This document shows, in pieces, positions 27,056 to 37,136 of a DNA stretch of 64,000 nucleotides; positions within the stretch are counted from its first letter, which is position 1; each line of letters opens with the position of its first letter. Made by a program: the position numbers and the translations under genes. The notes below the pieces were generated by a model. The model saw only the letters and a program-made list of their open reading frames with translations, did no database searches and was not told the DNA's origin. Location: contig OZ220741.1 in assembly GCA_965116885.1 (NCBI GenBank), positions 2,976,001-3,040,000 on the forward strand, read 5' to 3'. The DNA comes from Candidatus Latescibacterota bacterium. Lineage in GTDB: Bacteria; Latescibacterota; UBA2968.

Positions 27056-29629
27056 CTAACGTTTATCCAGTGCCTGTTCAATCAGGTGGAGGATGTAGCC
27101 GGTGTGCGCTTCGGTGCTCGCATCGGTTGTTTTTTTCGTTTTGAGCATGTTTTGAATGGCTTTGAGGTTGTGCAAGGCGATGGCGCGAGATGCATGGATC
27201 CGCTTGCTTTCGGGGTCGGTGATGCTGATGAGTCGATTGACGTATTCAGCCTGCAAGTTCTGGCGGAAAGAATTGACCGTGCCTTCGGCGTCTGCTGCAA
27301 AGACGGCATCGGTCAAGTCGGTCATCATATCGGACAGTGCGTATTCGTTGCCATAGAGCGCGGTGTCGAGCAGGCGGGCCTGGACCGTGGGGTGTAAGAG
27401 ATGGCTGAAGACGCGTTGTTGAATGCCGATTACGCGGTCGTGAATTTTGGGGTCTTCTGGGGCACGGGAGAAGCCGAATCCGCGTCGTTGTTCCTGCAAA
27501 TGGTTATAGAGTTCGGGCGGCATATCAAATGCTTTGGGCGATAAGACGTATTTGGCGAGTGCGTCCATCGCGCGTTTCTGGTCGGCGAGAGCTACTGGCG
27601 TGAATGGACGGGTTGCGCCGGGTTGACCGATGACCGCGCGATCGACGTAAATGCCGCCGATATAACGGGAGAGGACGGTTGCGGCATTGCGATGTTGCGC
27701 CGTGAGAATGAGGTAGGCCGTTTTCAGTTCGTGATAGGTGTTGCCCGGGGTGTTGTATTTTGCGAGGATTTTATTTTTGACGTCGTTTGCCAGTTCAATC
27801 CGACCCGTGGCGTGGGCAATGGCATCGCTGCTGAGGTCGTAGATCATCACGCGCGGGTCGATGCCGCGATTCGACGAGCGCATGTCGTCGGCGTCATTGC
27901 CAAACATGAGTTCGGGTTCTGTGGAGCGCGCGAGTATTTTTTCGAGGCGTTTTTGTTCATCTTTGATATTGTTCCGCCCCGGTGAATACCCAAATTCAAT
28001 AGCCCAAATATCATAGGGACCCGGGCGTGTGGTGTAGTAATGCCCCTGTTTTTGACCGGGCAATGCGAGGTTAACGCCTGGATAGTCCATGACCGAACCG
28101 GTGAGGCCCATTTTGCCGGTTCGGCTTTTATCGTGCAGTTGTGCTGGGGTGTGAAGTTGACTGGATTTCATGTTGTGGTTGAGACCGAGGGTGTGGCCGA
28201 TTTCGTGCAGGATGAGATAGTAGATGCTCTCTTTGAGCAGTGCGTCAACTTCAATTTTGGACGCGCCAGAAACGCGCAGGGTCTGGGCGCCAAAGAGGTT
28301 GGATGCATGTAGCTCGTGGCCCAGGGAACAGTATTGCGGCATGTCCGAATCGGCGTTGGGTATTGCGTTGTCAAAGAGCTTGTCATAGCGCAGGCTGCTC
28401 GTGAGAAATGCAAATTCGAGCATGATGTCGGCACCCAATATTTGCCCGGTTCGCGGGTTGACAAAGCTCGGCCCATACCCGCCAAATGGTGGATTGGGTG
28501 ACGAGGTCCAGCGCAGGACATTGTATCGGATATCGCCAGCTTCCCAATCGGCATCATCGGGTTGTTCTTTGATCTGTACGGCATTTTTGAAGCCAGCGGC
28601 TTCAAAGGCGATATTCCAGGCAAGAGCCGCTTTTTTGATGGTTGGACGCAATTCGTGCGGGGTGGTGTTTTCGATCCAATAGGTGATAGGTACGACTGGT
28701 TCGGAGCGTTTGGCTTTGGGATCCCTTTTTTTGAGGTGCCAGCGGTGAATCAAATCGCGATAAGGCGTCGCGCTTTTGGAGGTCAGGTCGGTCACTTGCG
28801 TGCTGAAGTAACCGACGCGCGGGTCGTCAAATCGCGGTTGGTAATCATTTTTGGGCATTTCGATTAGTGTGTGTTGCAGGGTAATCGTGACATTGCGGGC
28901 ATCGGTTATGCCGTCGCCACCGCCTTTGGGGTTGGGATTTTCATAGGTGTAGGCGATGATGAAATCCGTGTTTTTGGGATAATTTTTGATGGATAGACAT
29001 TTGGTTTTGGTTTTGCTGAGTCTCCCCAGTGAAAAGTTTTTGCGGTTCTGCGTTCGGTTGACGCGATGGAGTGCTTCTGTGAGGAAAATACCGTCGGCTT
29101 TGATGAGGATGTTGCCGGTGGAGTCATTGCGCGCCGCGATTTTTTCCGATACGAGAATAGAAGGGCTGATGTTGGCTTTGGCTGCGCGACTCAAGGCGTT
29201 TTTGGGATCGAAATAGTACGCGGTGTTTTCAGAGATGATTTCGATTTTGTCAAAGTGCTTCTGAATGGAAAGCACGCGGCTGCCGCGATAGTTCCCCATG
29301 TATGTTCCCGCTGATACGGGGGCGTTAACGGTGTGGGTGAAGTAGATGTATTCTTTGCCGATTTGCGATTCGCGGATTTGCAATTGCAACGCGCCTGTGG
29401 TCGTGTCTTCATAAACGGTGAAGAGACCGGGATACTTGCGGCTGGATTTGGTGAGGTCGGCTATGGTTTTCTTGGGTGTGTCTTTTTTAGGCGTTCCCTT
29501 TTTTTGAGTTTTTGCGGAGTCTTGTTTGGCGACCTTTGTCGAATCCGCAGGTTGTTTTTCCTGCGCCTGAACGGAGAAAGCGATTCCAAATACAAGGGCG
29601 ACTGCGATTAATAGGCGTTGAATATTCAC
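27056..29629 (-). CDS. Exported zinc metalloprotease (metzincin; DUF5117/EcxA-like)
   Basis: Signal peptide; DDPRVGYF; GDIRYN; HEIGHTLGLNH zinc motif; SVMDY Met-turn; PGPYD.WAIEFGY. Confidence 0.88.
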   Translation of the reverse strand: MNIQRLLIAVALVFGIAFSVQAQEKQPADSTKVAKQDSAKTQKKGTPKKDTPKKTIADLTKSSRKYPGLFTVYEDTTTGALQLQIRESQIGKEYIYFTHTVNAPVSAGTYMGNYRGSRVLSIQKHFDKIEIISENTAYYFDPKNALSRAAKANISPSILVSEKIAARNDSTGNILIKADGIFLTEALHRVNRTQNRKNFSLGRLSKTKTKCLSIKNYPKNTDFIIAYTYENPNPKGGGDGITDARNVTITLQHTLIEMPKNDYQPRFDDPRVGYFSTQVTDLTSKSATPYRDLIHRWHLKKRDPKAKRSEPVVPITYWIENTTPHELRPTIKKAALAWNIAFEAAGFKNAVQIKEQPDDADWEAGDIRYNVLRWTSSPNPPFGGYGPSFVNPRTGQILGADIMLEFAFLTSSLRYDKLFDNAIPNADSDMPQYCSLGHELHASNLFGAQTLRVSGASKIEVDALLKESIYYLILHEIGHTLGLNHNMKSSQLHTPAQLHDKSRTGKMGLTGSVMDYPGVNLALPGQKQGHYYTTRPGPYDIWAIEFGYSPGRNNIKDEQKRLEKILARSTEPELMFGNDADDMRSSNRGIDPRVMIYDLSSDAIAHATGRIELANDVKNKILAKYNTPGNTYHELKTAYLILTAQHRNAATVLSRYIGGIYVDRAVIGQPGATRPFTPVALADQKRAMDALAKYVLSPKAFDMPPELYNHLQEQRRGFGFSRAPEDPKIHDRVIGIQQRVFSHLLHPTVQARLLDTALYGNEYALSDMMTDLTDAVFAADAEGTVNSFRQNLQAEYVNRLISITDPESKRIHASRAIALHNLKAIQNMLKTKKTTDASTEAHTGYILHLIEQALDKR

Positions 29630-29809
29630 GGTCGGATCTCCTTTCTGTTTTAGTCATTAGAGGTATCTTCTACGCAAAATTACCCAATTGTTTTAATATT
29701 TTCAAGTGTGTATTGTATATCGACTATATAAGCTATCAATTGACTTTATGTTTTTTTTTCTTATCTTTTGCGTTCAATTTTTTGAAGGATTGGATTACTA
29801 TCGCGAGGT

Positions 29810-30010
29810 ATGACAATGGCAGAGGAGGGAAGCGCGTGGTTGACGCCTAAGGAGATCGCGGATCGGTTGAGTAGTCGAAAAGCGCGAGAAGTGCAAGAAG
29901 ATTTGCTCTATGGGCGCCGAACACGGCGTGAGATATTGGATCTGGTGATGGAAGCTGTGGGCTGCAATGAATATTCGGCGGAAGATTTTTTGCGTGAAAT
30001 TGTGAAGTGA
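29810..30010 (+). CDS. Small hypothetical protein
   Basis: 66-aa ORF with GAGG RBS, helical charged composition, upstream of nadB. Confidence 0.6.
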   Translation: MTMAEEGSAWLTPKEIADRLSSRKAREVQEDLLYGRRTRREILDLVMEAVGCNEYSAEDFLREIVK

Positions 30011-30108
30011 GTAAAAACGAGAAGCGATCACAGCCTGATTTTAGTATGTTTGCCGCGTATGAGATTTTCAATACGCGGCTCAATATTTTTTGACCTGTAG
30101 GGTTCGCC

Positions 30109-31770
30109 ATGTCTGAGGTTTCTAAATCTGATTATCTGGTCATTGGCAGTGGTATTGCTGGCCTCTCATTTGCGCTTAAAGCGGCAGAGACCGGGTCTGT
30201 CACCCTGATTACAAAAAAAGAGTTTCAGGAATCCAATACCAATTACGCACAGGGCGGTATTGCTTCTGTTTTGCATCCAGACGATTCGTTTGCGCTTCAC
30301 AGGGGAGATACGATTCAGGCAGGCGCGGGGTTGTGTCGTGAAGATGTGGTGGATATGGTGGTACAGGCAGGCCCCGATATGGTTAAGGCGCTCATTGCGT
30401 GGGGGGCAGAGTTTACGCGCGGGAGCGAGCGGTGTACAACTGAGTCAGACATTCCAAATCTCGCGCTTGGGCGCGAGGGCGGGCATTCAAAGAATCGCAT
30501 TGTGTATGCCGCCGATCTGACCGGGCGAGAGATTGAGCGGGCGTTGTCCGAAGCGGCGATAGCCCATCCCAATATCGCGTTGTACGAGCATCACATGGCG
30601 ATTGATTTGATCACGGAACACCATGTATATGGTTCGAAGGTCTCAACGCCGGGGAAAATTCAGTGTTGGGGTGTTTACGCATTAGATGCCGTACATGGAC
30701 AGGTGAAGACTTTTTTGGCAAAATTTACGCTGTTGTGTAGCGGTGGGAGTGGTCAGATTTATTTGCATTCGACCAATCCGCCCATTGCAACGGGCGATGG
30801 TATTGCCATGGCGTATCGCGCAGGCGCAAGCGTGGGCAATTTGGAGTTTATGCAGTTTCATCCCACGACGCTTTACCATCGGGATGCAGATTCATTTTTG
30901 ATTTCTGAAGCGGTGCGCGGGCATGGTGGCATTCTGGTGGATCGGGCGGGGCGGGCGTTTATGGCTGATTATCACGAGATGGGGCCTCTTGCACCTCGGG
31001 ATGTGGTTGCGCGGGCGATTGATAGCGAGTTGAAAAAGAGCGGTGATCCCTGTGTGTTTCTCGATATTACGCATTGTCCAGGTGCAGAACTTCAGGAACG
31101 TTTTCCCACGATTTATGAACGGTGTTTGCAATTTGGCATTGATATAACGCAGCAGCCCATTCCGGTTGTGCCCGCGGCGCACTATATGTGTGGTGGCGTG
31201 TTTACAGATACGGAGGGGCGCACGGATATCGAGAGGCTTTACGCTTCGGGTGAGGTCGCCTGTACGGGGTTACACGGGGCGAATCGCCTGGCGAGTAATT
31301 CGCTGTTAGAAGCTCTGGTTTTTTCAGATCGCGCGTTTTCCGATATCCAGCAGCACATCGATACACGGCTCGATTTTCCCGATGTGCCGACTTGGCAAGA
31401 CGATGATGTGTTTAATACTGAAGAATGGGTGTTGCTATCCCATGATCGGCAAGAAGTACAGCGTTTGATGTGGGATTATGTGGGGATTGTGCGGTCGGAT
31501 TTTCGCTTGAAACGCGCAGCCCGTCGCATTGGCGTGATTGTGCAGGAGGTCGAAGAATTTTATAAGCGCACACAAGTTACCGAGGCATTGCTGGAGTTGC
31601 GCAATATGACGACTGTTGCCGCGCTGACTGTGCGCTGTGCATTGTCCCGGCGCGAAAGCCGGGGGTTGCATTATACACTCGATTGTCCTGCGTCGTTCAA
31701 ATCTCCAGGAGATACGGTGGTGTCTGCCTGGGAGACGTGGGGCGCGGGACTGCCGGTGATTGAAGTGTAA
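30109..31770 (+). CDS. nadB: L-aspartate oxidase
   Basis: GSGIAG, SNTNYAQGGIA, REGGHS, QFHPT, LISEAVRG, LAPRDVVARAI, AAHYMCGG, GLHGANRLASNSLLE. Confidence 0.95.
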   Translation: MSEVSKSDYLVIGSGIAGLSFALKAAETGSVTLITKKEFQESNTNYAQGGIASVLHPDDSFALHRGDTIQAGAGLCREDVVDMVVQAGPDMVKALIAWGAEFTRGSERCTTESDIPNLALGREGGHSKNRIVYAADLTGREIERALSEAAIAHPNIALYEHHMAIDLITEHHVYGSKVSTPGKIQCWGVYALDAVHGQVKTFLAKFTLLCSGGSGQIYLHSTNPPIATGDGIAMAYRAGASVGNLEFMQFHPTTLYHRDADSFLISEAVRGHGGILVDRAGRAFMADYHEMGPLAPRDVVARAIDSELKKSGDPCVFLDITHCPGAELQERFPTIYERCLQFGIDITQQPIPVVPAAHYMCGGVFTDTEGRTDIERLYASGEVACTGLHGANRLASNSLLEALVFSDRAFSDIQQHIDTRLDFPDVPTWQDDDVFNTEEWVLLSHDRQEVQRLMWDYVGIVRSDFRLKRAARRIGVIVQEVEEFYKRTQVTEALLELRNMTTVAALTVRCALSRRESRGLHYTLDCPASFKSPGDTVVSAWETWGAGLPVIEV

Positions 31771-31897
31771 TCCGCAGAAAAAAACGCGAGTGAGCGGTGT
31801 ACAACTGGCCGCCTGTCAGGCCAGTTCATTTGAGCGTTTTTCGCAGATGAACGCAGATTGACAACTGACTACTGACTACAGAATTTCAGGAGTTTTT

Positions 31898-33709
31898 ATG
31901 CGCGACGGCATTGCCGTGATTGATTTTGGCGGGCAATATGCCCATTTGATTGCCAATCGGATTCGCAGGTTGCGGGTTTATTCCGAAATTTTCCCGCCGG
32001 ATGTTGATCCTGCGGCATTGCGTGGCGTGTCGGGCATGGTTTTTTCGGGTGGTCCATCCAGTGTGTATGATCCCGATCCACCCGCGTTTAATCCCGGATT
32101 GCTGGATACGGATTTGCCCGTGCTCGGGCTGTGTTATGGACATCAGTTGTTGTGCATGCATTTGGGGGGTGAGGTGGTTGCTGGTGAGGTGCGAGAATAC
32201 GGTTCTGCCAGGTTGAATATTGCAGGTGGGTCAGATTTGTTTGCCGGGCTTGGCGATTCTCAGGCGGTGTGGATGAGCCACGGCGATGTGGTCGAAACAT
32301 TGCCCAGAGGTTTTGAAATTTTGGGGACGACTGAGGATTGTCCTTCGGCAGCGGTTGGCGATGCCAAGCGCAAGATTTATGGCTTGCAATTTCATCCCGA
32401 GGTGGCACATACGCCGCGTGGATTGGATATTTTTGATAATTTTTTGACGATATGCGATGCGCCTCGAACCTGGACTATGGGCAATTATGCCGAGGTGGTT
32501 ATGGAGGAGATGCGAGAGAAGGTGGGGGATCGCAATGTGTTTTTGCTGGTGTCGGGTGGGGTTGATTCTTCGGTGGCTTTTGTGCTGTTTAACAGGGCAC
32601 TGGGGGCAGACCGGGTGTTGGGGTTGCATATTGACAATGGTTTTATGCGAAAGGGCGAGACGGCTGCGGTGGAGGTTTTTCTGAAGGAAGAGGGGTTTGA
32701 CAATCTGATGGTCGTGGATGCCAGTGACGATTTTTTGTTGGGTGTGGAGGGGCTGGTCGATCCGGAAGCAAAGCGCGAGGCGATTGGACACACATTTTTG
32801 GAGGTGAAGGACGAGGTGATGGCGCACTTGCATTTGGATGCAGATCAATGGGTGTTGGGGCAAGGTACGCTTTATCCCGATACCATAGAATCGGGAGGGA
32901 CAGAGCACGCGGCACTGATTAAGACGCACCACAATCGCATTGATTTGATCGATGAGTTGATTGCACAGGGCAAGGTTGTCGAGCCTTTGGCACAGTTGTA
33001 CAAGGATGAGGTGCGCGAGTTGGGGAGCGAGTTGGGGTTGCCCGATCATCTGGTGTGGCGACATCCGTTTCCCGGTCCGGGTCTGGCTGTGCGCTGTTTG
33101 TGCTCAGATGGCGCGGTGGATGGGGTTGATATTGCAGCATCAGAGCGTGCTGCTGAGATCGCTTCTGAGGCGGGTTTGCAATTGCAGGTTTTGCCCGTTA
33201 GAAGTGTGGGGGTTCAGGGGGATTTTCGCACGTATTCGCATCCCGCGATTGTTTCGGGTTTCACAGCCGATAACAATGGCGATTGGCGCGTGCTCGAAGA
33301 TCTGTCAACGCGGATTACCAATAGCGTGCCGGGTATTAATCGCGTGGTTTGTCTTATTGCGCCAGATGTTTTGCCCGGGTTGCGTCTCAAGCGCGCATTT
33401 TTGACCTATCAGAGGCTCGATGTTTTGCGGGAGGCAGATGCTATTGCGATGCGGGCACTCGACCGCGCGGGTCTTATGTCTGCTGTGTCTCAGATGCCGA
33501 CTGTTCTGGCGCCGTTGACGACAGATGGACAAGATGAAATTGTAATTCTGCGCCCGATTACAACGCCGGATTTTATGACTGCGCGATTTGCCGAATTGCC
33601 CCACAATCTGGTGCGCGATATGGCAGATGAGATACTGGATCTTCCCGGTGTCGCTGCCGTGGGTTACGATATCACCCATAAACCGCCGGGGACTGTGGAA
33701 TGGGAGTGA
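31898..33709 (+). CDS. guaA: GMP synthase (long form)
   Basis: DFGGQY, SGGP, GLCYG, QFHPEV, SGGVDS, QGTLYPD.IES, IKTHHN, RHPFPGPGL, YDITHKPPGTVEWE. Confidence 0.95.
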   Translation: MRDGIAVIDFGGQYAHLIANRIRRLRVYSEIFPPDVDPAALRGVSGMVFSGGPSSVYDPDPPAFNPGLLDTDLPVLGLCYGHQLLCMHLGGEVVAGEVREYGSARLNIAGGSDLFAGLGDSQAVWMSHGDVVETLPRGFEILGTTEDCPSAAVGDAKRKIYGLQFHPEVAHTPRGLDIFDNFLTICDAPRTWTMGNYAEVVMEEMREKVGDRNVFLLVSGGVDSSVAFVLFNRALGADRVLGLHIDNGFMRKGETAAVEVFLKEEGFDNLMVVDASDDFLLGVEGLVDPEAKREAIGHTFLEVKDEVMAHLHLDADQWVLGQGTLYPDTIESGGTEHAALIKTHHNRIDLIDELIAQGKVVEPLAQLYKDEVRELGSELGLPDHLVWRHPFPGPGLAVRCLCSDGAVDGVDIAASERAAEIASEAGLQLQVLPVRSVGVQGDFRTYSHPAIVSGFTADNNGDWRVLEDLSTRITNSVPGINRVVCLIAPDVLPGLRLKRAFLTYQRLDVLREADAIAMRALDRAGLMSAVSQMPTVLAPLTTDGQDEIVILRPITTPDFMTARFAELPHNLVRDMADEILDLPGVAAVGYDITHKPPGTVEWE

Positions 33710-33890
33710 AAGATAAAAGCGGAGGTTCTGATCCGAGACCTCAAAGGGAATCCAATCAGAACCTGGTTTCTATATCCTGTCAGACGCTATCGCTGCATCC
33801 TCTGAAGAACACCAAAGATAGCTCAGATAGGGTTGTTTTTTTCACTTTTAAAAATTGAAATGGAAAAAAATGAACACCTTTTTTTAAATA

Positions 33891-33914
33891 GTTAGCAAGC
33901 GTGGGTCTGCTAAC
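33891..33914. promoter_or_regulatory. Candidate activator-binding palindrome
   Basis: GTTAGCA-N10-TGCTAAC perfect dyad, 70-95 bp upstream of a sigma-54 motif. Confidence 0.55.
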
Positions 33915-33985
33915 GAAAATTATATATCCTTGTTTTTTAGTGCCTTAGAATATTCTGAGGCACTTTTTTTTGTTTTTTTCGAAAA

Positions 33986-34002
33986 TGGGCACGGCATTTG
34001 CA
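33986..34002 (+). promoter_or_regulatory. Sigma-54 (-24/-12) promoter of the glycosyltransferase/peptide-export operon
   Basis: TGGGCAC-GGCAT-TTGCA with correct GG-N10-GC spacing, about 75 bp before the first gene. Confidence 0.75.
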
Positions 34003-34075
34003 GATATGCTGTGCGCAAATCGCGTGAATAGGATTGAGGCGGACGGGATGTCCGCGATGATAGAGGGGTGAAGTT

Positions 34076-35329
34076 TTGAAAAATACTACGGTTGCATTTT
34101 ATAGCCAGCACCTCATTGGCGTGGGGCACCATTTTCGCAATCGACAGATTGTCAATGAACTGGTGAAGACATGCGATGTGTTTTTTATCGATGGCGGACG
34201 TCCTGTTCCCGAGGCTGATCTCGATGAGCGGGTGACGCGTATTTCTCTGCCGCCGCTTCGCACGGGCGCACAGGGCATTGAGCCTGTTGATACGGAGAGA
34301 GATTTGCAGGCTGTGATGCGCGAGCGTCAGAGCAGGCTTTCCGAAGCGATGGAACAGATTTGCCCCGATGTGTTTGGTGTTGAGTTTTTCCCCTTTTCCC
34401 GGTGGTCGCTCAAGAGCGAGATTCTCAATACTATTGTCAGGCTCAATGAGATCAATCCCGGCGCGAAGGTGTTGTGTTCGCTGCGCGATATTCCCACGAG
34501 GGCAAAAAGCGATGTGTTGCAACCGACTGTTGCGCTTGCACAGAGACGCGATGGAGACGCGATGCGGTTTTATTCGGTGCCTTTTGGCGGGATACATCAC
34601 GAGTATTTGGCTTTTAATCAGCGGTATTACGAGGAGGTTGTGCCCGTGTTGAATCAGTATTTCGATGCGGTACTGGTGCATGGCGATTCTCAACTGTCCC
34701 GGTTGGAAGATCACTTTCCCTGGGTTGCTGATATCGGTATTCCCATCATTTATACGGGGTTTGTTTCTGAGAAACTCGAGAACGCATCTCGACCTGATGG
34801 TGCGCCGAATAGGTATGTGCTGGTCAGTGCTGGCGGTGGGGCTGAGGGGCTTGCGCTTGTTGCACCGTGTATTGAAGCGTGGAAGCAATTGGCACAGGAC
34901 AATGCGCTCAACGGACGTGAGATGGTGATTTTTGCCGGTGCGTTTATCGAAGAGAAGCATTTTGAAGCTTTGCGCGCGTTGTGCGGTGATGGTCCGTTTC
35001 ACATTGAGCGCTTTACGTCCAATTTTTTGGCGTGGATGAAATACGCAGATTTGTCGATTAGTCGCGCGGGCTACAATACGTGTATGAATGTGCTTGAGAC
35101 ACAAGTGCCATCGATTCTGGTGCCGAGTATTGCGATGGATGATCAGGAGTTTCGCGCACAGAAGTTGATGGGGTTGGGTATTGCAGGGGTGATACATCCC
35201 GATCAAATAGGTGCGGGAAAGATGGCAAAAGCTATTGGCGAAATGCTCGAACGTTCTGTGCCTGAACACCATCTATCCCTGGATGGTGCCGAGCAAACGC
35301 GAGAATTTATAGACAGCGGTACAAGATAA
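34076..35329 (+). CDS. GT-B glycosyltransferase with GT28-like C-terminal domain
   Basis: YSQHLIGVGHHFR, VEFFPF, CSLRDI, LVHGD, YTGFV, VSAGGG, ISRAGYNT, DQEFRA; TTG start with GAGGGG RBS. Confidence 0.85.
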   Translation: MKNTTVAFYSQHLIGVGHHFRNRQIVNELVKTCDVFFIDGGRPVPEADLDERVTRISLPPLRTGAQGIEPVDTERDLQAVMRERQSRLSEAMEQICPDVFGVEFFPFSRWSLKSEILNTIVRLNEINPGAKVLCSLRDIPTRAKSDVLQPTVALAQRRDGDAMRFYSVPFGGIHHEYLAFNQRYYEEVVPVLNQYFDAVLVHGDSQLSRLEDHFPWVADIGIPIIYTGFVSEKLENASRPDGAPNRYVLVSAGGGAEGLALVAPCIEAWKQLAQDNALNGREMVIFAGAFIEEKHFEALRALCGDGPFHIERFTSNFLAWMKYADLSISRAGYNTCMNVLETQVPSILVPSIAMDDQEFRAQKLMGLGIAGVIHPDQIGAGKMAKAIGEMLERSVPEHHLSLDGAEQTREFIDSGTR

Positions 35330-35344
35330 AAAATGAGGTGAAAG

Positions 35345-36748
35345 ATGAAAATTTATGTGTCACATCAGTATCACTACCGCGAGAAAGTAATGGCGTCGAA
35401 TAGCGGGGCAGTTCTTTCGGGGTTTAACCATGTGCAGGCGTTATCGAAGTATTGCGAGGTGTATATGCCAGCGTCTGAAGCGGTGGATTATGGTCCGAAT
35501 TTGCACGGTATTCGGTTCGCATTTGAGACGATTGATTCGTCTCGTCAGTGGTTTGCACGACAGGATTTTGATGGTGTGTTGATGTTTGAACCCAAAGCCG
35601 ATGACGTAGCGTTTTTCCGCCATGTGTGTCCCGCACCCATTGTGATTCGGCTGTCGTGTTCTTTTGGAAATAATCGGGATTTTGTCGATAAGGTGCTTCA
35701 ATGTTATTCACTGTTGCGGCCTTGTGATGCCCTGTCGCCCAAGTCGGCGTATGTCGCGGACGAAATCGGCAAGCTGGTGTTTGACAAGTCGTATTTGCAT
35801 CCGATTACCAATGGGATAGATGCCGAGGTGTTTGTGCCGATGGATAAGTTGCAAGCGCGCAAAGAGGTCGCGGATAAGACGGGTGATCAACGTTTTTTGG
35901 AGATGCCTGTGGTGGGTTTTTGTGGGCGGTTTGAGCCGGGCAAGGGTGCGTATCCGTTTTTGCGAATGGCGGACCTGAATCCCAATGTGTTGTTTGCCGT
36001 GATTGGCAAGCAGTTCGCACCCGTGACACATGCGCCCAATGTGATCTTTTTGGGCGCGCAACCCTATACGGATATGCCGCTGTATTACAATATGCTGGAT
36101 GTGTTGTGCGCGCTGTCGGTGTATTCGTATGAGTCGTGTCCTTCAACTGTAATAGAGGGCATGGCGTGTGGTCTTCCGGTTGTGGCGACAAATTTTGCGG
36201 GTGCGCCAGAGTTGTTGGGCAGTTGTGGGCGGTTGATTGAGATTGAGCGGTTTGAAGACGAGCCATTGAATGTGACGGGTTATATCGCTCCAGAGGTGAT
36301 TTCAGATGCTGTGCGCGATTTGTTGAATAGTAAGACAGAGCGCGTGGAAATGGGAGAGGGTGCTCGCAAACGCGCACTCGAATTTTCCTGGGATTGTATG
36401 GCGCAGCAGCACATGGCGCTGTTTGAAAATCTGCGGACCAAACGCGATGTATCCGCATATCCGATTCCAATAACCGTGAGTTTTACACAGGGTTGTGATG
36501 TCTCGGGTGTGCCGAAAAGTATGTCTAAGGGGTTTAACTATTTGGGCAGCGCGCAAGGCCCATTGCCGCGCATTTCGTTTTTGGGACAAGATATGTCCCT
36601 TATTGAGGGTGTGGGCCTTCACTTGACGCAACATTTACATCCAAACGAAGTCGAAGCTGCTCTGCTGGGCTTATGCAGTGATCGCGACACAGCATACAAA
36701 ATGCTTCGCAAAATTCGACACTTAAGCAATATGCTCACGGCTTTCTGA
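35345..36748 (+). CDS. GT4 family glycosyltransferase with C-terminal extension
   Basis: ITNGID, GFCGRFEPGKG, ESCPSTVIEGMACGLPVVAT (E-x7-E), FSWD. Confidence 0.88.
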   Translation: MKIYVSHQYHYREKVMASNSGAVLSGFNHVQALSKYCEVYMPASEAVDYGPNLHGIRFAFETIDSSRQWFARQDFDGVLMFEPKADDVAFFRHVCPAPIVIRLSCSFGNNRDFVDKVLQCYSLLRPCDALSPKSAYVADEIGKLVFDKSYLHPITNGIDAEVFVPMDKLQARKEVADKTGDQRFLEMPVVGFCGRFEPGKGAYPFLRMADLNPNVLFAVIGKQFAPVTHAPNVIFLGAQPYTDMPLYYNMLDVLCALSVYSYESCPSTVIEGMACGLPVVATNFAGAPELLGSCGRLIEIERFEDEPLNVTGYIAPEVISDAVRDLLNSKTERVEMGEGARKRALEFSWDCMAQQHMALFENLRTKRDVSAYPIPITVSFTQGCDVSGVPKSMSKGFNYLGSAQGPLPRISFLGQDMSLIEGVGLHLTQHLHPNEVEAALLGLCSDRDTAYKMLRKIRHLSNMLTAF

Positions 36749-36803
36749 TTGGTGTCGAAGAAGAGCTGTTTGCGCTAAATCTAAGAGAAAGGAGGTGAAA
36801 GAA

Positions 36804-37034
36804 ATGACTGAGCGCATTACATCAATGCCAGCACAAGTTTCTGTGACCTGTGCTCCACTCCCTGGTCAAGAACTCGAACTGGCACATGGTGAGATGGCGA
36901 ATGCATCAGGAGGATGCCTGCTTCCAGGAGAAGATTTGTTTGAGCACGATCCATTTGAGCCTCTTGAAGATATGATCGAAGATGCGGTGGATTATATCGG
37001 AGATACGGTGAGTGAATGGTGGGCTTCCTGGTAG
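36804..37034 (+). CDS. Putative RiPP/secreted peptide precursor 1 (76 aa, double-glycine leader)
   Basis: AAGGAGGT RBS; leader ends LAHGEMANASGG; acidic 39-aa core; upstream of a C39 exporter. Confidence 0.8.
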   Translation: MTERITSMPAQVSVTCAPLPGQELELAHGEMANASGGCLLPGEDLFEHDPFEPLEDMIEDAVDYIGDTVSEWWASW

Positions 37035-37136
37035 CAATCGCGCTACACGCCATAAGACGCTGTTTCTGTTATTCAGGTACTGGACGAAAACCATCTTTTT
37101 TGCTGAATCTTACAATTCATTTATCCGGAGGATATT

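Noticed and set aside
31780..31841. Purine-type riboswitch upstream of guaA
   Set aside because: A hairpin is present (actggcc/ggccagt inside aaaaacgc/gcgttttt), but I could not match purine, ZTP or ppGpp/PRPP aptamer cores. It more likely ends nadB transcription or belongs to the repeat elements.
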